In this document: piece after piece, positions 7,587 through 15,976 of the stretch
Numbering within the stretch: position 1 is the stretch's first letter
Layout of the letters: each line of letters begins with the position of its first letter
Source: Planctomycetota bacterium
GTDB taxonomy: Bacteria > Planctomycetota > Uabimicrobiia > Uabimicrobiales > JABWCH01
Direction of reading: 5' to 3'
Assembly: GCA_020057085.1 (NCBI GenBank)
Contig: JAGVGO010000238.1
Location: 1,361 to 65,360, forward strand
DNA: 64,000 bases
The notes under the pieces: model-generated
What the model saw: the letters and a program-made list of their open reading frames with translations, nothing else
What the model was told of the DNA's origin: nothing
Databases searched by the model: none
Position numbers and translations under genes: made by a program

Positions 7587-10500
7587 CTAATATTTGTTGA
7601 TCACCGGTTCACTGTTGGGGAAATGTTTCTTTTCCATGATGTACTTCGGGAAACCAGGCAATTCCTGTAGCTGATCGCCCTTGACCGGCGTGATGCGCCA
7701 GATCACCGTAGTCTCACGACCGCGCGGCCATTCCAGCTTCGGATGCGTCCCCTTGAAATCCTTGGGTTGCTCGAAAATTTCCGGCACCAGGAAATTCAGG
7801 GTGTGGCTGTCTTGATAGCTGTAGCGGAACATCTGCTTCGGCTCACGCTCTTCCTTGTAATACTCGGTCAGTTCTTTTGACCAGATTAGCTTGGTTGCAC
7901 CAGGAATCTGGTCGGTCATCTCAAAGAACTTACTGAGCATCTCTACTGTGCGGTTGGGCGAAATCATACGAAAATCATAATCCTTGCACAGATCCTTGAG
8001 TGTGCGGTACGGTGAGAAAATATCGGGTAACACGGCATCTATATCTACATAGACAAATTCCAGGCGGTAGTCGCGGGAAAGTGCTTCCAGAGACCTCTGC
8101 CCCTCATCGGGCGCCGGTAACTGTTTCCAAGTGAGCAAGTGTGGTACGCGCTCAATGATGTAAGGCTTCGCTTCGATATGGTAGGCAAATGGCGACAAGA
8201 TCGGGCCATTGTCGAAGCTGAAAGTCCACCACCACCGCATCTTTTCTTTGGTAGTAGCGTTTTCTTTGCTGATGAGAATGGTAAATGTCTTGTCACGCAC
8301 CAGTTGCCGGATTCGGTCAGGCGAAATATGGTAGCCGCTCACTTCAAACAATAACACAGCGGCCGGGTGCGCCTCAAAGTCAATCATCGGCGGCCCACCT
8401 TCGCCCGGGCGGGTGATGTCTTTCTCGACGCCGCCTTCTTCGTAGAAGAGGCGCAGGCGCAAACGATTGGGTACCTTGGAAGCCTTAAGTTCGGCCGACG
8501 GATGCTGGACAAACCAATCCTGAAAGGCGGCGATGCCCTCTACGGTAACGAGATGGTAATTGGTTTCTTCCTTGGTGATGTTCACACTGTAAGCCTGGCT
8601 CGGATAGGCATCGAGGTCGAGGCCATTTCTACGGAAAAGGTACAGTTTCACCGGTTCGATGGGCGAGCCGTCTGCTGCCTCGCGATACGACTTGATGTAG
8701 ATCCACTTGCCGCCCCACGGACACCGTTCCAGCATCAGACGATCCACGACGAAAGTAAAGTTGGCGTACCATGTCTCGCGCGTTTTGGCGTCGGTGTATT
8801 GCGACATCATCGAACGCTCGACAAAGCGCAACAAGCCGGACGTTTCTTCTTTGCCAAGCCCCTCGCGGTTCTTGTCGTTTTCCATGCCGCGCACTTTGTC
8901 CTGGACCTCGCTGAAGTGTACCCGGCGTATATCGAGCGGAGTGACGAAGTAAGAACTGAGTTGCTTCTGGATCTCGGCCGCTATAGTGTTCACTTCAGGA
9001 TAATCTATCTTGCCTTCGACATCGCCTATTTGCGGGCTTACCGCCAGCATGGCAAGCCAGAATTTGCTGTCCGCCTTGTGGAAATCTTTGAGCCGTTTTT
9101 CCCACAACGAATCACGCAAGAGGTTCTGGTACAGCATGTCGGAAACCGACACATTGGCTTTTTCGACGACGTTGCTCTGTTTGGCAAAACTGGCCGGGAA
9201 CGGATATAGTTCTTTCAAAATCTCGGTGCTATCGGCAGCTTGCGCGAAATTTTTTGGCACACCATAGTAGTAAGACTCTGCCAGTTCGAAGATTTGCGCA
9301 GACTGCTTGTCGAGCAGCAACTTGTCATACGGAATAGCAAGCTGCACACTGACAAATCGCTCCGGTTCGCCGACGAGCGGCGGCAACGGATGGTTCGGCT
9401 CGGGCTGGACTTTCAGTTCAAAGGTCTTGCGGCTGGCCGACTCTTCTCTGTTGAGCAACCCGATCATGCTCCTGAGTTGCAACTGATCTTCGAGCAGTGA
9501 CTGGGTTTGCGGGCTCCAGGCCAGAAGCAACGCCTCGCGCATCATCTGGTAAGCCTCCTGTATCTTGGCCTCATTCTTGGTGCGGATGGCCTCGGTCACC
9601 ACGTCGCCCTGCTTGCCGAGAATGTTGACAGGAGGAGCGAGCGGCGGATAGCGGAAGCCGACTCCCTCAAGGCTCCAGCGAACGGTTTCCGCCCATCTTT
9701 GATCGTCAGCATGTACTACACCATCGCGATGGTACTTCTTGTGGAGCAGGGTCACGCTGGCGCAAGTGGCCAGGAATTCCAGTTTCTTCACCAGTTTGAG
9801 TGCCTGGGCTTTCGGATAATTTTCCACCTTGGCGGTGAACAGTTTCTTTTCGTCGTCCAGTTTTACCGTCCATTCCACCTGCTTCTCGGCAGCGCATGAA
9901 ATGTTCACTTTGAGCGTCGCTTCCATGCCTTTCGGCGGGTAGAAGAACTGGATTTCGGTGGCCTTGCCTGCATCGCCATACTTGACGCCCTGGCCGGGTA
10001 CTACCAGATATTTGAAAACCTTGCCGATAACGTCCTGTTCAGCACGGAAGTATTTCTCGCGGCCCGCTTCTTTGCACAAAGTGAGTTGTCCTGGGAACGT
10101 CTTGAGCAGTTTCAGCGTGTTATCGGCCTGTTCCAGGTTGGCAAACCAATCCTGATCGACGGTCTGATACAGACAGTTGGCTGTCTGCGGCTCTCTGATC
10201 GAGATGTAGACCTGATCCGACACGTCTTTGTCGGGCTGTTCGCCGGAGAATATGATCGCTTGGTAACGGAATTCACCGAGCGGTCCTTGCACATTTACGT
10301 TGTCGCGCCAATCTTCGCGGCCATACGCGGAGAGGCCTTTGCTCGCCGTATCCGATTTCCACTGGACGATGCGCAGCGCTTCCTTTGAACGTGCAGTGAG
10401 CGGCAGCACAGCCGCCACTTCACCGCTACGTGTCAAGGTAAACGAGGCATTTTCCACGTTCTTGTCGGTGAGTACCACCGCATACAACTGGTTGGCCGAC

Positions 10501-12755
10501 TTGGCGAAATCTTCGCGGATGCGGAACTGGCGGAAATCTTTCTTGTCAACTTCCTCGAACACCTTCACCTTGTTGGGTGCTTCCTGGTAGGCAGCAGCCT
10601 TCGGGGTGAAGTACATGGTGTTTTCCTTGAAATTGTAATCGCGGATGACGCGGGTTTCACCATTGGCTGTGTTGTAGAAATACAGCGTACGCGGGTCTTC
10701 CTGCAGTTGCAAGCCAAGGCCGAGAGCGCCGTAGCCGTCGGTCACCGGGTTGCTATCCTGGATATTGAAGGTGAATTGGCTGTACTCGTTCGGTTCTACC
10801 TTCTTGGGCGCTTCAGTCCAGAGCTGCTTGCGCAACTGGATCGGATAGGCAAGCCCTGTCACCTGATCACGGTCCGGGATTTTGGCCACGTCGAATTCCA
10901 CTTTCTCTTTGGGTACGAATATGAGCGCTACCGAGAGTGGCGAGGAAATGCCCGGTACGGCGATGTGCAGGCTGCCTTCCACCTTGTTGGTCGGCAGATT
11001 GCCGGAACGCACAGCCACCCGCACCACGGTGATCTTGGATGGCAGCTTGGGCAGACGATAAAAAGTCGTGCCGGCGAGTTCGAAACTATCCAATGGCTGC
11101 GCTTCCAGCTCATCTATGTCGGTCTTGGCCGGCTTCTTTTTGGGCTGTCGCGGTTTCGGCCTTGGGCGTTCCTCGCCTTCTCTGGCTTCATCTTCATCCT
11201 CTTCAAGGTTGATCGAGCGTACTTTCGGGTCTTTCGGCTTGCCTCGCGGATCGAACTCTTCGAAGGCAATAGTGGCTACCGGCTCCCCTTTGGGATCACG
11301 CAGGTAATGGATTTCCATAGGAATGGCCACACGGCTGACGAAATAGCTTTCCAGACTGACCCCGACCGCCGTTGTCTTGTCGTTCGGCGGATTGGCGAAC
11401 ACGCGAATTTCTTTGCCGATATAGCCACCACCGGGGATAGAACCGACTTCCGCCTGTTGGAAAGAAATTTCTGCAGGTTTATAGTTGATGTCCAGTGTCC
11501 AGTTCGGTTGCAATACCAATATTTCAATCTGCTGGCTTGCCACTTTAGCAGCCCCGGCATCCCTGGCGTTCACATCTTCCTTGGCCGGCACGATGGTGCA
11601 TCTTTCGCGACCACGTTTTTTGCCGGTGAGACGGAAGGTACGTTTGCCTTTTGCGTCGGCGATAAAGTTGGTTTCTACCAGCGTCTCAATCTTGGGTTCG
11701 CATTTGAATTCCTCTTCCTTGAGTGGCTCTTCGTAGTCCAGGTGGTACAGGCGATCCAATTGTGCCGAAATACCTAACGTCTTCTCTAAACGCAAAGGAG
11801 CACGATAGGTGCCGATCACCTGGATGTTATCCTGTACCTCTTCGTTCACATTGAGGACGATGCGGTTATTGACATATTCGCCTTTACCCATCGCCTCCAG
11901 ACGGATATTTTCCAGCACCGGCCGATTGAGGGGAGTAAGACCGGTGAGAAACATCAAGATCGAGAAAATGATGAAACCTATGCACGTGTACACTGCGGCA
12001 TAAGCTGTGCGGATGCACACCATTTCCAAAGTCGGAATATCACGGGAAAGATAGCGCAAGATTTGCAACATAGCGCCAAGATCATTGCTTTTGAGCAATT
12101 TGCGGAATTCCCGTTTATCCCATCGTTCCTGCACCAAATCTTTGATGGCGCGGATGGAAAGATCTTCGCTCTTTACCGTTTCATCTACCTCGGCAGGCAC
12201 GAGCGAATGCATGCCTATGGTAATGTGCCGCTCTCCGCTGTCGGAATCGCGAATGACAAAAGCTTCTTTGCCCGGATAGAGATGAAAATTGGCATACTGG
12301 AAAAGCTTTTCTTCTCGCAATGTCTTGACGGCGGCAACAATATCAAGAAGTTCTCTGGCAAATTTCTTAGTTTCATGGAATGGATTGGTTGGGTCTTTGC
12401 TCAGAGAAGAATCTACAGGGAAATATTGGCGATTCTGTGGCAACGAGATGCGCAAAGGTAACATCTGATTGCCGAGGTTGGTATAGGTGGAAGATGCGTT
12501 AAACACTCCCAACTCAGGAATGCGTTCCGCAATATTTTCCCAAATAGCTTTTTGCACTAAGACCCCTTCCTTTTCTTCGGGAGGAACTTCGTAGAAAAGG
12601 TCGCCCAATGCCTCGATTCCCTGATGGCAAATTTCGAATTTTCGAGGAATTTCCTCAAAGGCCTTAGCGTCTACCCGACATTTAAAGTTAGGGGGAAATG
12701 TAAAGCTGCCTTCTTTTAGCTGAATTCCCCTAGCTGTCTCTATTGTGGTAGGCAA
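7587..12755 (-). CDS. Orphan giant protein (1722 aa), single predicted transmembrane helix, no recognisable domain
   Basis: Uninterrupted 5.2-kb ORF. TTG start 7 nt downstream of AAGGAG. One hydrophobic segment at about residues 250-274 (TAYAAVYTCIGFIIFSILMFLTGL). A highly charged linker reads EEDEDEAREGEERPRPKPRQPKKKPAKTD. I saw no internal repeats and no signal peptide. Confidence 0.85.
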   Translation of the reverse strand: MPTTIETARGIQLKEGSFTFPPNFKCRVDAKAFEEIPRKFEICHQGIEALGDLFYEVPPEEKEGVLVQKAIWENIAERIPELGVFNASSTYTNLGNQMLPLRISLPQNRQYFPVDSSLSKDPTNPFHETKKFARELLDIVAAVKTLREEKLFQYANFHLYPGKEAFVIRDSDSGERHITIGMHSLVPAEVDETVKSEDLSIRAIKDLVQERWDKREFRKLLKSNDLGAMLQILRYLSRDIPTLEMVCIRTAYAAVYTCIGFIIFSILMFLTGLTPLNRPVLENIRLEAMGKGEYVNNRIVLNVNEEVQDNIQVIGTYRAPLRLEKTLGISAQLDRLYHLDYEEPLKEEEFKCEPKIETLVETNFIADAKGKRTFRLTGKKRGRERCTIVPAKEDVNARDAGAAKVASQQIEILVLQPNWTLDINYKPAEISFQQAEVGSIPGGGYIGKEIRVFANPPNDKTTAVGVSLESYFVSRVAIPMEIHYLRDPKGEPVATIAFEEFDPRGKPKDPKVRSINLEEDEDEAREGEERPRPKPRQPKKKPAKTDIDELEAQPLDSFELAGTTFYRLPKLPSKITVVRVAVRSGNLPTNKVEGSLHIAVPGISSPLSVALIFVPKEKVEFDVAKIPDRDQVTGLAYPIQLRKQLWTEAPKKVEPNEYSQFTFNIQDSNPVTDGYGALGLGLQLQEDPRTLYFYNTANGETRVIRDYNFKENTMYFTPKAAAYQEAPNKVKVFEEVDKKDFRQFRIREDFAKSANQLYAVVLTDKNVENASFTLTRSGEVAAVLPLTARSKEALRIVQWKSDTASKGLSAYGREDWRDNVNVQGPLGEFRYQAIIFSGEQPDKDVSDQVYISIREPQTANCLYQTVDQDWFANLEQADNTLKLLKTFPGQLTLCKEAGREKYFRAEQDVIGKVFKYLVVPGQGVKYGDAGKATEIQFFYPPKGMEATLKVNISCAAEKQVEWTVKLDDEKKLFTAKVENYPKAQALKLVKKLEFLATCASVTLLHKKYHRDGVVHADDQRWAETVRWSLEGVGFRYPPLAPPVNILGKQGDVVTEAIRTKNEAKIQEAYQMMREALLLAWSPQTQSLLEDQLQLRSMIGLLNREESASRKTFELKVQPEPNHPLPPLVGEPERFVSVQLAIPYDKLLLDKQSAQIFELAESYYYGVPKNFAQAADSTEILKELYPFPASFAKQSNVVEKANVSVSDMLYQNLLRDSLWEKRLKDFHKADSKFWLAMLAVSPQIGDVEGKIDYPEVNTIAAEIQKQLSSYFVTPLDIRRVHFSEVQDKVRGMENDKNREGLGKEETSGLLRFVERSMMSQYTDAKTRETWYANFTFVVDRLMLERCPWGGKWIYIKSYREAADGSPIEPVKLYLFRRNGLDLDAYPSQAYSVNITKEETNYHLVTVEGIAAFQDWFVQHPSAELKASKVPNRLRLRLFYEEGGVEKDITRPGEGGPPMIDFEAHPAAVLLFEVSGYHISPDRIRQLVRDKTFTILISKENATTKEKMRWWWTFSFDNGPILSPFAYHIEAKPYIIERVPHLLTWKQLPAPDEGQRSLEALSRDYRLEFVYVDIDAVLPDIFSPYRTLKDLCKDYDFRMISPNRTVEMLSKFFEMTDQIPGATKLIWSKELTEYYKEEREPKQMFRYSYQDSHTLNFLVPEIFEQPKDFKGTHPKLEWPRGRETTVIWRITPVKGDQLQELPGFPKYIMEKKHFPNSEPVINKY

Positions 12756-12955
12756 CTTTGTACTCCTTTTTCTTGTTTAGATCTTTTGCCGATACCTTTT
12801 TGTCAGCAATCGCTAACAAAAGCAACATTAACCGCAGCTAATGTAGGGTATGTCTACCAACGCACGTAGCAATCAGTTACGTGCTCCTGCTAACGTTTTA
12901 CTGAATTGCTGGATAAATTGCAATTACTTTTCTGATTTTGTTTATCGTTATAGCC

Positions 12956-12983
12956 ATTTTACTTGTTTTTTATAGCATGTCAA
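12956..12983 (-). promoter_or_regulatory. Sigma70-like promoter candidate for the giant/dynamin/Hsp70-like unit
   Basis: Minus strand reads TTGACA (12983-12978), a 16-nt spacer, then TAAAAT (12961-12956). It lies in an AT-rich intergenic region and implies a leader of about 190 nt before the TTG start at 12755. Confidence 0.5.
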
Positions 12984-13004
12984 AGCAAAAAATTTTACGT
13001 GTAG

Positions 13005-13085
13005 CACGGGCGTATCCAATAATTAGGGGGCATAGTAACTTTTTGGAATAACTACCCACCCCCCGAAGTGTTAGATACGCCCGTG
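13005..13085 (-). terminator. Long hairpin just downstream of 13095..13598 (terminator/insulator candidate)
   Basis: Perfect 12-bp inverted repeat CACGGGCGTATC (13005-13016) / GATACGCCCGTG (13074-13085), with inner pairings AGGGGG/CCCCCC and TAGT/ACTA. It starts 9 nt after the upstream gene's stop. On the minus strand a T-run (AAAATTTTTT) follows only after about 10 nt, so it is not a canonical intrinsic terminator. Confidence 0.4.
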
Positions 13086-13094
13086 TAGCACCAA

Positions 13095-13598
13095 TCAGTC
13101 ATGGTTGATGCCGGACATGTTTTGTTCACGTTCGCGCATCTGCGCCTTTTCGATGAAAGTCTTTTGACTGCCGACGGTGTTGTGCGCTTTAAACAACAAG
13201 ACAGAAGATTTGTAATTGGCAGTCACTTTGATTATTTTTTGCGACGTGGAGATACCTGCCTGCCCCAGCATGTCGCTTACTGTGCCGCTGCCATGCTGGA
13301 CACGCACGATCTCGACGCGGACGTCTTGCGGAGTAAGGCGAACGCCATTCTTACCGGCGCGCGCGATGACATCGTTGCGGATGGTATCTTCGTCTCCGTA
13401 GCGGTTGGCGTCTATAGCCGCGAAAAGCTGGTCTTGCATATAGGCGTACTGCAAGCTGTTTTGGAATATTTGCCATACGACTACGCCGGCCAGCAAAGCG
13501 ATGACAATGAGAGTATATTTCATAAAAATTCCCAAAAAATTTTTGCTTGTAACTGGTTTAGCGCGAAAGTCACTTTCGCGCAGCAAGACCTTCTCCAT
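13095..13598 (-). CDS. Small membrane-anchored hypothetical protein
   Basis: 167-aa ORF with a single N-terminal hydrophobic helix (YTLIVIALLAGVVVWQIF) followed by a soluble domain. An alternative start at Met26 (13523) is possible. No strong RBS precedes either start. Confidence 0.55.
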   Translation of the reverse strand: MEKVLLRESDFRAKPVTSKNFLGIFMKYTLIVIALLAGVVVWQIFQNSLQYAYMQDQLFAAIDANRYGDEDTIRNDVIARAGKNGVRLTPQDVRVEIVRVQHGSGTVSDMLGQAGISTSQKIIKVTANYKSSVLLFKAHNTVGSQKTFIEKAQMREREQNMSGINHD

Positions 13599-13724
13599 TT
13601 CACCAAACTATATACCATTTTACCAGAAAAATTTTGGTGCAATTTACCTGGATTATGCTAAAATGCAACCAAGAGCAAGAGATATTGCAAACACTAAGCC
13701 ATAAAAACGGTAACGGAGAAATGA

Positions 13725-15962
13725 ATGTCGGACCCTTTTGAGCCAAATAAAGCGCAGTCCAATGATGCGGGCAACAAACAGCGTGCCTTAGACCGCGAAA
13801 GAGCGCTAGAACGCATTTTCGTGTACCAGGCCGTGGAATTCGGCTATTTGACACAGGATCAATTGATCGAGTGTATAGCCGAACAGGAGGGATCGTCGCA
13901 AGCAATTGCCCTCCTTACGATTTGCAAACAAAAAAAATATCTGACCGAATCTCAAGTCAGACATCTCATGAGCAAAAGAGGTGTGTTCAAATTCTCCAGT
14001 CTGGAGCCGCGCGAGGAGAGACAACCTGTGGCGCCGCCGGTGTTCCGCGAAATACCAGAGCCTATTTTGCATCCCGCCGTTCCGTTGGAAGCAAAAGTGG
14101 AACGTCTGCTGGAAGAAAAAGACCGCCAATTGGAAAGAGAGCAAAAACAGCGCGAATTTTTGAAACGGCAGGTAGGAACTCTGGAGCAGAGAGTCCAGAA
14201 TAGCGAAAAGGAGAAGTTGGAATTTGTCACCAAATACCAAAGCGATATCGCGACGCTCAATGCCCAGTTGGAATATTATCGTAGTCTGAACGCCGAGCAA
14301 AAACTGAAAGATCTCGAAAAGAAACTGGAAGAAAAACAGCAGAAATGCCAGGTTTTGTTCAAATTGGTGGAGCAAAACAGAGAAGAACTCCAGGAGTCGG
14401 AAGAACAGAAGCTCAAAGCGGAAGGTGAATTGCAAAAGAACAGCAAAGAACTGGAGTTCTTACAGGAAAAACTGGACAAAGAAAACAAGGAGAAAATCCG
14501 CTTAAAGAAAGATTTACAGGAAAGCGAGGAAAATCTCGCCAGGCTTGGCAAAGACCTGGAATCGCTGCGTATTGAAAAAAAGAGGGTGACTGTGGCGATG
14601 GTCAAGCAGGACGCATCGGCCAAGTCCGCCGAAGGACCATGCGCAGGCAGAGAGTGTGATGATTACACTAAATTGGCACGAGAGCTCGAGGAGAAGGGCA
14701 TCCTGGAAAGCAGGCTCAGGCAACAAGAAGCCACGCTGTTGCAACAATTGGAAAAGGCCAACAAAGACCACGAACTGTTGCAAGAGCAGTTACGCCAGGA
14801 AAAAAACGGTCTCAGAGAGCAATGGGAGCAGGAAAAGGCGAAGATGGAAGAGGAGCTACACAAGCTCAAAGTATCTCTGGAAACCGATGTGACCCAGTAC
14901 CGGCAGAAAAACGAGCAACTGGAAGCAAAAGTTCAGCAATACCAGCATTCGCTGGGTTTCGATGATCAGGAAAAACAGAAAAAAGTTTTGCAACAACAAC
15001 TGGAGGAAGAGCAACAGAAGAGCAAGGCTGAAGAGGAAAAGAGAATACAATTGGCGCAACAGATGGAAAAAATCCAGCAGGAAATGGCCAATTTTCGCCA
15101 GTTGGTGATTGCCGGAGAACTAAAGGCCGGCACCTCGCTCTTGGGTAGCGGCGGCGAGTCTTATATCATCCAGAAAGTACTCGGACGCGGCGGCATGGGC
15201 ATCACCTATTCGGCGCTGCGCAACTCCGACCAGTTTACGGTGGTGGTGAAAACCCTGTTACCGGAAGCCCTGGGCGATATGAAAGTACTCATGCGTTTCG
15301 TGCAGGAGGCTCGCACCATCATGACTTTCGAGCATGAGAATCTGGTGCGAGGGCTGGACGTCTATCAGGGCCGCAATTTCAGTTACTTTGTCATGGAATT
15401 TCTCGATGGCGAGTCGGTGGAAAATATTCTGGAAGAGTAGGCGTTCGTGGACCCGGTACGCGGCACGGAAATCGTTCTTGGCATTGCGCGTGGGTTAGCT
15501 TATATGGAAGCACACCACCTGGTACACCGCGATGTCAAACCAGCCAATATCATTGTCCAGAAGAGCGGCGCGGCGAAGCTGGTAGATTTCGGTATCGTCA
15601 AAATGACCGACCGTACCTGCTCGCTTACCACTGAGGGTATCATCCTGGGCACACCGTATTATCTTTCGCCGGAGCAGACCTATCAGACCAGTGTAGACAT
15701 CAGAAGCGATATTTACAGCCTGGGCGCCACTTACTATCACATGGTGGTAGGCGAAGTACCGTTCCCCGGTGACAACCCGATTGATGTGATTCAGCAACGC
15801 CTGCACCACACGCCAAAACCGAACAAAACCAAGCCAGACCTGCCCAAAGAGATCAATAATGTCATCGAAAAGATGATGCATTGCAAAAAAGAAAAGCGAC
15901 AGACGACGGCCGCGGAGCTGGTCAAGGAACTGGAGTTTGTCTATAAGAGGATTCATCGCTAG
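13725..15962 (+). pseudogene. Coiled-coil Hanks-type Ser/Thr kinase interrupted by a single in-frame TAG (15438-15440)
   Basis: ORFs 13725..15440 and 15447..15962 are in the same frame and separated only by TAG-GCG-TTC. The first carries the G-loop LGRGGMG, VVVKTL and the alpha-C Glu. The second carries [11 protein letters not shown] and YYLSPEQ. Together they make one complete kinase domain split between the N- and C-lobes. The N-terminus has a GspE_N-like helical motif and about 350 aa of coiled coil. Confidence 0.7.
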
Positions 15963-15976
15963 GAAAGGAGCGGTAT

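Noticed and set aside
10707-11777. 356-aa plus-strand ORF inside the giant gene
   Set aside because: It is antisense to an uninterrupted 5.2-kb ORF, has low-complexity Arg/Phe/Leu-rich composition, and has no start context. It is a typical antisense open frame.
15438-15440. In-frame TAG considered as pyrrolysine or a reassigned codon
   Set aside because: TAG clearly terminates neighbouring genes (for example at 15960-15962 and 18365-18367). No pyl genes or PYLIS-like context are visible in the window. Nonsense mutation, sequencing error or leaky read-through are more parsimonious.
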